Shown here: positions 17,232 to 25,875 of the stretch, in pieces | How the letters are laid out: the number at the start of each line of letters is the position of its first letter | How positions within the stretch are numbered: position 1 is the stretch's first letter | Source of the DNA: Desulfocapsa sulfexigens DSM 10523 | Lineage (GTDB): Bacteria > Desulfobacterota > Desulfobulbia > Desulfobulbales > Desulfocapsaceae | Direction: 5' to 3' | NCBI RefSeq assembly: GCF_000341395.1 | Contig: NC_020304.1 | Location: 1,860,001-1,892,000, forward strand | DNA length: 32,000 bases | Notes under the pieces: generated by a model | What the model was told of the DNA's origin: nothing | What the model saw: only the letters and a program-made list of their open reading frames with translations | Database searches by the model: none | Translations under genes and position numbers: made by a program

Positions 17232-19304
17232 TTACATTGAGATTTTTCTGACTTTCATATAGAGCAACACTCGTCTCGGATGAAAATCGTTGGGAGTGTT
17301 ATCTTTTGGTAATATGTTTGTTGACTGTAAATATTTAACCCGTAAGACATGTGCCTCCCAGACAGATGTGTCGGCACCATTTTCTTCTAAATAACGAATA
17401 ATACTTTGATCTCCACTGAACTTGGCGAGGGCAAAAGCATTGATGCCTGCATTATCTAGTGTGTTGATCTTTGCACCATGACTGATCAATTTTTTTACTA
17501 TACTTAAATTGCTTTTTTCAGAGGCCACCATCAGGGAAGTATTTCCGTTTTTGTCCGTTGCATTAACGTCAGCCCCTTTTTCGATCAAAAGCTCTGCGAA
17601 ATCAAAAATATTATGAGAAACTGCCCTCAGCAGAAGAGGGTCACCGTTTCCAAGGGTTTCATTGACATCAGCGCCATGACTGACAAGCAGGGTTCCGCAC
17701 ATAACGTCTTTGTTTTCCATGGACAACCGCAGTGGAGATTGTCCTCTTAAATCTTTTTTGTTTAAGTCGGCGATGCCACTCTTTATTAGGGTACGAACTT
17801 TCTCGATTTTTTTTCTCGATACGGCGATAATGACAGGCGTTTGCCCCTTATTGTTTGTAAGATTGACATCTGCTCCTTTGGTAATCAAATACTCCATCAC
17901 TGCTAATGATCCGGAAGCAGTTGCATCAAATAATGGTGAATCACCCTTATTATTTTGTGCGTTAATATTGGCGCCATTGTTTAGTAAAAAGTCGGCTAGA
18001 TCAAAACAGTCTTTTGTGTTTTTTTCTGCAACCTTTCTCGTTAAACCCAAAGTATCTTCAAATGTTTTCCGTAATGTATGTACTAAAGGAGTTATGCCTT
18101 GCTGATCCCCTTTATCAATATCAGCACCATTCTTAATTAAAAATTTAACAAGGTCAAAATGCCTTTCGAGAATTGCAAGGATAAGCGGCGTGGAACCGGG
18201 GGCAGAAGAATACATTGTTTTTTTGTCAGACAGACAGGCCGAATTAATGTCGGCTCCAAGGCTGAGTAGCAACTTAACAGTTTGTTGTCTCCCTTTCCAC
18301 GATGCGTAAAGAATCGGGGACATACCGTTTGTATCAACTAAATTCGGGTCTGCACCTTTTTGACATAAAAATTCAATTACGGTTGTGTCTTCAGTAGTTG
18401 CATAATAATGCAGAAGGGGAATACCTGCTATTCTCGGGGCAATAGCATTTAAGTCTTCCTCTCCTTTGTCCACGAAAAATGTAGCTATATCCCAGTATCT
18501 TCTTTGCAACGACTGTTCAAACAGATCTCCTTGACGGCCAACCATTTGTTTGGACTGATTCAACTCAGCGCCATTTTGTATCAAGGAGATGGCCAATTCA
18601 GGTTGCCCATAGTAAAGAGCAACCGCTAGTGGGCTTGCTCCAAATCCTTTCATATTTAAATCTGCGTTTTCAGAAATAAAAAATTCAACAACATCCTTAT
18701 GTCCATATGAAATTGCCAGGGTAAGAGGTGTGAAACCATTTTCCGTGGAATCATAGTATTTGGGGTCTATTTGAAATGGAAGAAAAATCTGATTATTTAG
18801 ATTCCCTGGGTGCCCTTTCTTTTGAGGCATATTTGCCATAGGACCAAACGAGTGACTGTTTATTTCTGCTCCATGTTCATACAAGAGTTTGACGATTTCC
18901 AAATGACCATTTTTAGCCGCAAGCATGAGAGCTGTCACCCCTGTATCTGTAAATGCATTTATTGATGCCCCTTCATCAATAATATGCCGGGCACCTGTGA
19001 GGTTACCGCTTTGGGCAACTTTCATAAGCGGAGTAAAAGCTTGCTGTTTTGAAGAGGTCTCTTTTGGGCCATTAAAAAGTAGGTAATCAATATTTCTTTT
19101 TTTTAATTTATCGGGCTGTGGGGCAATCCGAGGAATACTAAGAGTTGGGATAGGTGAAGGAGGTCGACCTTGTCTCCAGACGAAGGGGCGTTGTCCATTG
19201 TTTTCCCCATAAGAGGGAGAAACTGATAATAAGAATTGAAGAAATAGACCGAAAATAAAACAAAATTTAATTATATTTAAAATATTCGCAGCTTGATTCA
19301 GCAT
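17232..19304 (-). CDS. Exported ankyrin-repeat protein
   Basis: Putative signal peptide MLNQAANILNIIKFCFIFGLFLQFLLSVSPSYG at Met 19304; then many ankyrin units (e.g. TGVTALMLAAKNGHLEIVKLLYEHGAEIN, NGNTSLMVASEKSNLSIVKKLISHGAKIN). The ORF track start (19424) would place 40 aa before the signal. Confidence 0.88.
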   Translation of the reverse strand: MLNQAANILNIIKFCFIFGLFLQFLLSVSPSYGENNGQRPFVWRQGRPPSPIPTLSIPRIAPQPDKLKKRNIDYLLFNGPKETSSKQQAFTPLMKVAQSGNLTGARHIIDEGASINAFTDTGVTALMLAAKNGHLEIVKLLYEHGAEINSHSFGPMANMPQKKGHPGNLNNQIFLPFQIDPKYYDSTENGFTPLTLAISYGHKDVVEFFISENADLNMKGFGASPLAVALYYGQPELAISLIQNGAELNQSKQMVGRQGDLFEQSLQRRYWDIATFFVDKGEEDLNAIAPRIAGIPLLHYYATTEDTTVIEFLCQKGADPNLVDTNGMSPILYASWKGRQQTVKLLLSLGADINSACLSDKKTMYSSAPGSTPLILAILERHFDLVKFLIKNGADIDKGDQQGITPLVHTLRKTFEDTLGLTRKVAEKNTKDCFDLADFLLNNGANINAQNNKGDSPLFDATASGSLAVMEYLITKGADVNLTNNKGQTPVIIAVSRKKIEKVRTLIKSGIADLNKKDLRGQSPLRLSMENKDVMCGTLLVSHGADVNETLGNGDPLLLRAVSHNIFDFAELLIEKGADVNATDKNGNTSLMVASEKSNLSIVKKLISHGAKINTLDNAGINAFALAKFSGDQSIIRYLEENGADTSVWEAHVLRVKYLQSTNILPKDNTPNDFHPRRVLLYMKVRKISM

Positions 19305-19445
19305 AATCAGTATGATTTTAAGATTTGGAAACAATTGTTTAGGTCCCATAAGTTCGATGTCGGTGTTCGTTTTAATATTCGTGATTTCACATAAAGCCAA
19401 ACGAAAAGCCAAGACACGTACCATTTTTTTATCTAAGAACCTCTA

Positions 19446-20135
19446 TCAAGCCACTACTCCAAATACCCGGCCAACACCTGCGGTTAGGGCCATAGCGAGT
19501 CCACCCCAAAAAGTTACACGTATTGCACCAATTAAAATAGTGGCGCCGCCAGCTCGCGCGGCAAGTGCACCGAGGGATGCTAAAAATAATAAAGAGGAAC
19601 CAGCAACCACGGCTATTAACTGAGATCCAGGAACAACCCGTGCCAATAACAAGGGAAGAGCTGCGCCAATTGTAAAGGTTCCTGCTGAAAAAAATGCAGC
19701 CTGCACGGGCTGTGCACCAGCATTTTCCGATATTCCTATTTCGTCTCGGGTATGTGCCCCGAGCGCGTCATGAGCCATCAGTTGTTCTGCTACTGTTCTG
19801 GCCAAATCTGGATCAAGCCCTCGATTTTGGTAAATTTGTGCTAGTTCATCTTTCTCAAATTCGAAATCATTCTCTAGCGAACGCTTTTCAAGTGTTATGT
19901 CAGCATTCTCGGTATCTGACTGTGAGCTTACAGATACGTATTCGCCCGCAGCCATTGACATTGCCCCGGCAACCAATCCCGCAACTCCTGCAAGGAGAAT
20001 GCTCTCCTGCGTTGCATTGGCCGCGGCAACACCAATAATGAGACTGGCAGTGGACACAATACCATCGTTAGCACCTAGTACAGCGGCACGTAGCCAGCCA
20101 ACACGATGGGAACGGTGAATTTCATGGTGACTCAT
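19446..20135 (-). CDS. VIT1/CCC1 family Fe2+/Mn2+ transporter
   Basis: GWLRAAVLGANDGIVSTASLIIGVAAA, AGLVAGAMSMAAGEYVSVSSQSDTE, C-terminal TM region. Confidence 0.9.
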   Translation of the reverse strand: MSHHEIHRSHRVGWLRAAVLGANDGIVSTASLIIGVAAANATQESILLAGVAGLVAGAMSMAAGEYVSVSSQSDTENADITLEKRSLENDFEFEKDELAQIYQNRGLDPDLARTVAEQLMAHDALGAHTRDEIGISENAGAQPVQAAFFSAGTFTIGAALPLLLARVVPGSQLIAVVAGSSLLFLASLGALAARAGGATILIGAIRVTFWGGLAMALTAGVGRVFGVVA

Positions 20136-20339
20136 ATGTGGCCTCGGTAGATTATGTGAACACTAACCGTATTAAATTAACGGCTGGCCATGGATCCACG
20201 ACAATAGTGGAGCAGTGGGTAAGGTAGATGCTATCCAAAAACCGGACGTGCGGGCCAGTCGGGGCCATTTTGTTGTTGGAAGAAGCCGTTACGCGCCGCC
20301 GCCTCCAATAGCTAATTGGACGCCAGTCTGGTTCTTCTC

Positions 20340-20831
20340 CTATGGTTCCCGTAATTCTTTGAGCATCCAGACATCGCAGCCACTGTGAATTGTTTCATTG
20401 AGCGGCTCTTGTAGATGTCTGAATCCAAAACGTTTATAGAGTGTTATCGCAGGTTTCATATTAGAAAGGGTGTCCAGGTAGCATTGCTGATACTGTCTCG
20501 ATTGTGCGTACTCGAGGCATAGCTTTGTTAATTTTTTTCCAATTCCCAACCCTCTACTTTCCGGTAGTAAAAATAGTTTTCGGAGTTCACAGATAGTTGT
20601 ACTTTTGTGAAAGGCCGCAATGCCACCTCCTCCAATAAGCTGATTATCCTTTACCGCCACCAGATAAAGAGCATTGTCAGCTTCTTTGTAGTACTGGCTC
20701 ATACATTCCACTTCCTCATCAGAAGGGCCAAACCCATCTCCTATGGCACCAAATTCCGCTCCCACCGTTTTGATGATATGGCAAATGTGTTTATCATCCT
20801 CGGGTTTGATATTTCTGATTTCGCAATGCAT
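20340..20831 (-). CDS. GNAT family N-acetyltransferase
   Basis: IGGGGIAAFHKSTTICELRKLFLLPESRGLGIGKKLTKLCLEYA, MKPAITLYKRFGF. Confidence 0.88.
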   Translation of the reverse strand: MHCEIRNIKPEDDKHICHIIKTVGAEFGAIGDGFGPSDEEVECMSQYYKEADNALYLVAVKDNQLIGGGGIAAFHKSTTICELRKLFLLPESRGLGIGKKLTKLCLEYAQSRQYQQCYLDTLSNMKPAITLYKRFGFRHLQEPLNETIHSGCDVWMLKELREP

Positions 20832-20862
20832 CCTAGCTATTCGTCAGCTGCCTTACATGAGG

Positions 20863-21228
20863 TTACAGGTTTGTCATAGTGATATAGGTTGTTGGCCACC
20901 AGATTCCAGACAGGACGGTTGCAATAGCAGAGCCTGTCAGCAGGGTCTGGCGTCTGGTGAGTATACTCAGGCATAAGAAAAAAATGTTGGCCCACCCGAA
21001 GGGAGTTAAAAATGATAGAAACCACCCAACTGGAACACGAAATGCCATACTGAAGAAGTGCTCAATGGGCTGTATGGGTAGCGTCGGATCTGGTTGTGAA
21101 GTAAAGTGCAGGGTAAGCATGGATATTACGGATACGATGAGCATCAGGAGGATGCTTCCAAATAGCCAGGTGATTAAAATTTCTTTTCTTGTCAGGTGCT
21201 GGGTAAAAAACATATTTTTATGATCCAC
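20863..21228 (-). CDS. Hypothetical membrane protein
   Basis: 121 aa, about three hydrophobic segments (ILITWLFGSILLMLIVSVISMLTL, WANIFFLCLSIL, LLTGSAIATVLSGIWW). Confidence 0.5.
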   Translation of the reverse strand: MDHKNMFFTQHLTRKEILITWLFGSILLMLIVSVISMLTLHFTSQPDPTLPIQPIEHFFSMAFRVPVGWFLSFLTPFGWANIFFLCLSILTRRQTLLTGSAIATVLSGIWWPTTYITMTNL

Positions 21229-21287
21229 AGTATAGTTGCTGATGGTTTGCGATATGTTACCTTTTCTCTTTCATCCTTGATCTTATC

Positions 21288-21317
21288 TTGACACAGATTT
21301 ATCTTAACGCATACTAT
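21288..21317 (+). promoter_or_regulatory. Candidate promoter for the aroK/aroL-aroC-glgA unit
   Basis: Consensus TTGACA (21288-21293), 18-nt spacer, TACTAT (21312-21317), 25 nt before the start codon. Confidence 0.45.
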
Positions 21318-21342
21318 ATTCAATCGCTGGGAATTAATTTTT

Positions 21343-21876
21343 ATGAAAGAGAGTGTGTACCTTATTGGTGGCCGGGCTGTAGGGAAGTCAAGTATCGGTG
21401 TAAGGCTAGCCCGAAAGCTTGGGTATAGATTTTTTGACACTGATACTCTGATCACTGATGAGTGTGGTTGTTCGGTAGCTGAAATTGTGGCCCGAGATGG
21501 GTGGCAGAGCTTCAGAGAGCATGAAAAGCACGTGTTGCGTCAGCTGGGTCTTCAAAAATCCTGTGTCGTGGCAACTGGTGGCGGTGCGATTCTTCATCGT
21601 GAGCAATGGCTGGAGCTGAAAAAACTTGGGATAGTTATCTGGTTGAAGGCTGATACTGCAATTCTCCGTGAACGTATTTCGGGAGATCAGAATTCCATGG
21701 GGCAACGGCCAAGTTTAACAGGAAAAGATGTCTGCCAGGAACTGGAAGATGTCTTGACGGAACGCAACCCACTATACCGTGAAACCGCAGACTTTATTAT
21801 TGATAGCGGCAAGATGACAGTTGATGAGATTGTTCAGGCAATTGAACAGATCTGCACAGCAACAGACAGGGAATAA
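21343..21876 (+). CDS. aroK: Shikimate kinase
   Basis: Walker A GGRAVGKSSIGVRLARKLGYRFFDTDTLI, SVAEIVARDGWQSFREHE, VVATGGGAILHREQW. Could equally be named aroL. Confidence 0.9.
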   Translation: MKESVYLIGGRAVGKSSIGVRLARKLGYRFFDTDTLITDECGCSVAEIVARDGWQSFREHEKHVLRQLGLQKSCVVATGGGAILHREQWLELKKLGIVIWLKADTAILRERISGDQNSMGQRPSLTGKDVCQELEDVLTERNPLYRETADFIIDSGKMTVDEIVQAIEQICTATDRE

Positions 21877-21881
21877 AAAAG

Positions 21882-22961
21882 ATGGCAGGAAATACTTTTG
21901 GTAAGGCCTTTCGGGTAACCACCTGGGGTGAGTCGCATGGGACAGGCGTTGGTGCTGTAATTGATGGCTGTCCTCCGGGGATTGTCCTTGATCCTGCATT
22001 TTTACAGGCTGAGATGGACAGGCGGCGCCCTGGACAGGGAGGAGCATCAAGTCCCCGTAAAGAGCCGGATCAGCTTGAGATCTTGTCTGGTATTTTTATC
22101 CCAGAAGGAGAAGATCTGCCGCGTACCACCGGCACACCCATCTCACTTGCAATTTATAATAAGGATGCCCATTCAAAGTCCTATGACACTCTGCGTGATA
22201 TTTTCCGTCCCGGTCATGGGGATATCAGCTATCTTGCCAAATATGGCATCCGGGATCATCGTGGTGGCGGACGCGCGTCTGCCCGGGAGACTGCGGCACG
22301 GGTTGCTGCGGGAGCGGTGGCCAGGCAGGTATTGGAACAGGCTGGAATTGATGTGCTCGCTTATACTGTTGCTTTGGGCGGGGTGAAAATTACCGAAAAA
22401 AATCTTGAAGTAATTAACGATAATCGTTTTTTCTGTCCCGATGCAGCTGCCGCTGAAAAGATGGAAGCGAGGGTGGATGAAGTTCGAAGAATGGGAGATA
22501 CTTTAGGTGGAATCGTGGAGATTGTTGCCGACTGTCCCGCCGGTCTTGGAGAGCCCGTTTTCGATAAACTTGAGGCAGAGCTTGCCCACGGTCTGATGTC
22601 CATTGGGGCGGTGAAGGGGGTGGAGATTGGTGCCGGGTTCAAGGTGGCAGATATGCTCGGGTCTGAGAATAATGATGCGATAACTCCCGAAGGATTTGAA
22701 GGCAACAATGCCGGAGGAATCCTTGCCGGGATATCGAGTGGTAATGAAATTGTTATCCGGGTTGCCGTGAAACCCATTCCGTCCATTTCAAAAAAGCAGC
22801 AGAGTGTTAATCTTGCCAATGAAGCAGTAACTATTCAGGTGGGTGGAAGGCATGATATCTCGGCCATTCCCCGTATCATTCCTGTCTGTGAAGCCATGGT
22901 ACGTCTCACCCTGGTTGATCATCTGCTGCGGCACATGAGTATCGCTTTTCCAACGGAGTAA
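21882..22961 (+). CDS. aroC: Chorismate synthase
   Basis: AGNTFGKAFRVTTWGESHGTGVGAVIDGCPPGI, GRGQG-like RRPGQGGASSPRKE, PGHGDISYLAKYGIRDHRGGGRASARETAARVAAGAVA. Confidence 0.96.
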   Translation: MAGNTFGKAFRVTTWGESHGTGVGAVIDGCPPGIVLDPAFLQAEMDRRRPGQGGASSPRKEPDQLEILSGIFIPEGEDLPRTTGTPISLAIYNKDAHSKSYDTLRDIFRPGHGDISYLAKYGIRDHRGGGRASARETAARVAAGAVARQVLEQAGIDVLAYTVALGGVKITEKNLEVINDNRFFCPDAAAAEKMEARVDEVRRMGDTLGGIVEIVADCPAGLGEPVFDKLEAELAHGLMSIGAVKGVEIGAGFKVADMLGSENNDAITPEGFEGNNAGGILAGISSGNEIVIRVAVKPIPSISKKQQSVNLANEAVTIQVGGRHDISAIPRIIPVCEAMVRLTLVDHLLRHMSIAFPTE

Positions 22962-22966
22962 AAAAG

Positions 22967-24589
22967 ATGGCAGGAAAACAAATATTCATCCGCGAAATCT
23001 GGATGCTCAGTCGGGAATACGGCAGTCTTGCAGGAGCAGGCGGGGTGAAAGATGTGGTTTCCCAGTTGTCTGTCACTCTTGCCCGCGAGGCTGGTCGTTC
23101 TGTTCATGTTGTTCTTCCCTGTTATGGGTTTATGAACCCTGAAAAGCTGGGCTTTCATCTTCTGGACGATCCTCAGTCTCCCGGGCATATATTACAGTTC
23201 GAGGTTGATCTGAACTACCCGGAAGAGGAACGGCGTGAAGAGGTAAGGGTGTGGGTGGCAAAGCTTGATCGGGTTACTATCTATTTGATCGATGCCGAGA
23301 GATTTCGTGAAAAACAGAATGTATACACCTATACAGCGGAGGAAGAGGAGAACTTCTCCTGGCAGAAAACGGGAGAGGGACATATCGATTATTTTGCCAT
23401 GAATATTCTCTTGCAGAAAGCCGCCATTGACCTGATGATACTCCTTGATGCCCGTCCGGATATAATTCATTGCCACGATGGTCACACTGCGGTTCTTCCG
23501 GCTATGATTTCTGAACAATCCGGTTTACGCCACTATTTTCGTGGCACCGGATGTGTGGTGACCGTCCATAACGCAGGGCAGGGATATCACCAGGAGGTTG
23601 CTGATCTTGCCTTTGCTCACGCAAGCACAGGTCTTCCTCTGTCTCTTGTTCGTCGCTTCAGGCTTGATGACTGTTTTGATCCCTTTCTCGCAGGGGCTCC
23701 CTATGCAGAAATGAACACAGTGAGCGAAAATTATGCCAGGGAATTGCGGGAAACCATTGATGATCATCTTACCGGGTGGCTTGGCCACACCCTGCTGGAA
23801 CGCAACGTCATTCTGGATGGAATTACCAATGGAATAGATCCCGATGCCTTCTCAGCAAAAGACCATTTGAAAACGCACATAGCCGCAAGCTTTGATCCTC
23901 TTGGAGAGGCTCCACTTGAAGGAAAGCGGAAGTGTAAGACTGCCCTGCTGCAGTCGCTTACGAAAGACGGGAAGATTCAGAATGTTCGGCAATCCGGCTA
24001 TCTGACGAGCGATCCCGCTCTGCCGCTTGTTACGTTTGTTGGCCGTCTCAGTGCTCAAAAGGGGGTGGCTGTACTTACCGGGGCTATTGAAAAACTACTT
24101 GCTGAGAGGTCGGATTTTCAATTTCTACTTCTCGGGACCGGCAGTCGTCACGATGAAGATATTCTTATTCGTCTTGCTGAGAAGAAAGAAAACATCGGTC
24201 GGGTTTGTATTCTTTGCGGTTTTGATAGCATTCTTGCCAACAAGATATATGCTGCCGGAGACTTCTTTGTGATACCTTCACAGTACGAACCCTGCGGCCT
24301 GACTGATTTCATGGCCCAGCTTTTTGGAAATTTGCCTATTGTTCATTCCGTTGGTGGCCTGGTGAAAGTTGTGGATGGAAAGACCGGTTTTTCCTATCTT
24401 GAACAGAGTGTCCTTACTTTAAGTGAGGCTATCAAGTGGGCGTTGAATCTTTATATGACCGATCCTGCTGCAATCCGTAGGATGCAGCGTCAGGCGGTGG
24501 AGCTGATTTATGAACAATTCACCTGGACAACGGTCAGCAAAAAGTATTTAGAGCTCTATAAGAGGGCGAAAAAGAAGAAAATCAGGTGA
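22967..24589 (+). CDS. glgA: Glycogen/starch synthase-like GT5 glycosyltransferase
   Basis: DIIHCHDGHTAVLPAM, VTVHNAG, ILDGITNGIDPDAF, VTFVGRLSAQKGV, IPSQYEPCGLTDFMAQLFGNLPIVHSVGGLVKVV. The N-terminal loop is SLAGAGGVKDV instead of KTGGLADV. Confidence 0.8.
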   Translation: MAGKQIFIREIWMLSREYGSLAGAGGVKDVVSQLSVTLAREAGRSVHVVLPCYGFMNPEKLGFHLLDDPQSPGHILQFEVDLNYPEEERREEVRVWVAKLDRVTIYLIDAERFREKQNVYTYTAEEEENFSWQKTGEGHIDYFAMNILLQKAAIDLMILLDARPDIIHCHDGHTAVLPAMISEQSGLRHYFRGTGCVVTVHNAGQGYHQEVADLAFAHASTGLPLSLVRRFRLDDCFDPFLAGAPYAEMNTVSENYARELRETIDDHLTGWLGHTLLERNVILDGITNGIDPDAFSAKDHLKTHIAASFDPLGEAPLEGKRKCKTALLQSLTKDGKIQNVRQSGYLTSDPALPLVTFVGRLSAQKGVAVLTGAIEKLLAERSDFQFLLLGTGSRHDEDILIRLAEKKENIGRVCILCGFDSILANKIYAAGDFFVIPSQYEPCGLTDFMAQLFGNLPIVHSVGGLVKVVDGKTGFSYLEQSVLTLSEAIKWALNLYMTDPAAIRRMQRQAVELIYEQFTWTTVSKKYLELYKRAKKKKIR

Positions 24590-24694
24590 TACGTTCGTAT
24601 TCTGCTGTTCATAACGCCTTCATTCTGATTAAATGAATTACGAATGACAAAAAAAATGCAGCAAATGGTTTTTTAATATATACGGAGGCAGCAC

Positions 24695-25699
24695 ATGACA
24701 ATTAAGGTAGGAATTAACGGTTTTGGTCGTATTGGAAGGAGCATCTTTCGTGCCCTGGCAAAGGATCCTGCTTTTGCAGATATCGAGATTGCGGCGATTA
24801 ATGATCTGACGGATAATGCAACTCTTGCCCATCTTTTGAAGTATGATTCGGTAATGGGAATCTATGAACCGGAAGTTACGAGTGATGACACGGGAATTAC
24901 TGTTAACGGAAAACATATTCCTGTTTCCGATCATCGTGATCCCGCTGATATCCCCTGGGGAGAAGCTGGCGTTGAGTATGTTGCCGAGTGTACGGGACTT
25001 TTTCGGGATGCTGGCAGTACCCAGAAACATATCAGTGCAGGGGCCCGTAAGGTTGTGATTTCGGCTCCAGCCAAGGGAGATATTAAAACCTTTGTCATGG
25101 GGGTGAATGAGGATGAGTACGATGCCACCATTCATCATATCGTGTCCAATGCCTCCTGTACCACCAACTGCCTGGCACCTTTTGCCAAGGTTATTCTTGA
25201 TAACTTCGGTATTAAACATGGACTGATGACAACCGTACATGCCTACACCGGAGATCAGCGGCTTCTCGATTTTCCCCATTCCGATCTGCGTCGAGCGCGG
25301 GCTGCTGCAATGTCGATGATCCCCACCAGCACCGGGGCTGCTGCTGCTGTGGCACTTGTTATCCCAGAACTGAAGGGCAAGTTTGACGGTCTTGCTGTTC
25401 GGGTGCCGACTCCCAATGTTTCACTGGTTGACGCGGTAATGGAAGTGGAGCAGGAAACAACTGTTCCCGAGGTGAATCAGGCGTTGAAGGACGCTGCAAA
25501 CCGTTATCTTGGATACTCTGATCTGCCTCTGGTTTCCATTGATTATCAGGGGAATCCCCATTCTTCGGTAGTTGATGGGCAGTCTACTAAAGTGATAGGT
25601 ACCACCGTCAAGATACTGAGCTGGTATGATAACGAGTGGGGCTACTCGAACAGGATGTTAGATCTGATTTTGTATATGGAGGCAAACAAGGCTCTGTAA
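24695..25699 (+). CDS. gap: Glyceraldehyde-3-phosphate dehydrogenase, type I
   Basis: KVGINGFGRIGRSIFRAL, SNASCTTNCLAPFAKV, IPTSTGAAAAVALVIPELKGKFDGLAVRVPTPNVS, SWYDNEWGYSNRM. Confidence 0.96.
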   Translation: MTIKVGINGFGRIGRSIFRALAKDPAFADIEIAAINDLTDNATLAHLLKYDSVMGIYEPEVTSDDTGITVNGKHIPVSDHRDPADIPWGEAGVEYVAECTGLFRDAGSTQKHISAGARKVVISAPAKGDIKTFVMGVNEDEYDATIHHIVSNASCTTNCLAPFAKVILDNFGIKHGLMTTVHAYTGDQRLLDFPHSDLRRARAAAMSMIPTSTGAAAAVALVIPELKGKFDGLAVRVPTPNVSLVDAVMEVEQETTVPEVNQALKDAANRYLGYSDLPLVSIDYQGNPHSSVVDGQSTKVIGTTVKILSWYDNEWGYSNRMLDLILYMEANKAL

Positions 25700-25748
25700 A
25701 TAATGAGTTAGCAGAAAGGTTCCGCTGGTAAGATGGACCATATTTGAG

Positions 25749-25784
25749 ACGCCCTGAGGGAGAGTTATCCTTGAGGGCGTTTTT
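25749..25784 (+). terminator. Rho-independent terminator after gap
   Basis: ACGCCCT (25749-25755) ... AGGGCGT (25774-25780) followed by TTTT; inner region partly paired (AGGG/CCTT). Confidence 0.7.
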
Positions 25785-25804
25785 GTTTTCATTGCAGAAG
25801 ATAC

Positions 25805-25833
25805 TTGAAATCGTGGGGAAAATGATTGATACT
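25805..25833 (+). promoter_or_regulatory. Candidate promoter for the 1423-aa PPDK-like gene
   Basis: TTGAAA (25805-25810), 17-nt spacer, GATACT (25828-25833); lies between the gap terminator and the ATG at 25876. Confidence 0.4.
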
Positions 25834-25875
25834 TGGAACCATCTGATAACACTTCTTTGAGAGATAAGTGAAATA

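Noticed and set aside
20136-20339. 204-bp GC-richer gap between VIT and GNAT genes considered as a possible element or small RNA
   Set aside because: Only short (5-bp) inverted repeats such as TCCAC/GTGGA; nothing stronger than chance could be seen by eye.
22361-22819. 152-aa minus-strand ORF antisense to aroC (and other antisense ORFs over aroC, glgA and the PPDK-like gene)
   Set aside because: Overlaps convincing plus-strand coding sequence; proline/serine-rich shadow translation typical of antisense frames.
24638-25279. 213-aa minus-strand ORF antisense to gap
   Set aside because: Shadow ORF of a highly conserved plus-strand gene; low-complexity, non-protein-like composition and no own RBS/operon context.
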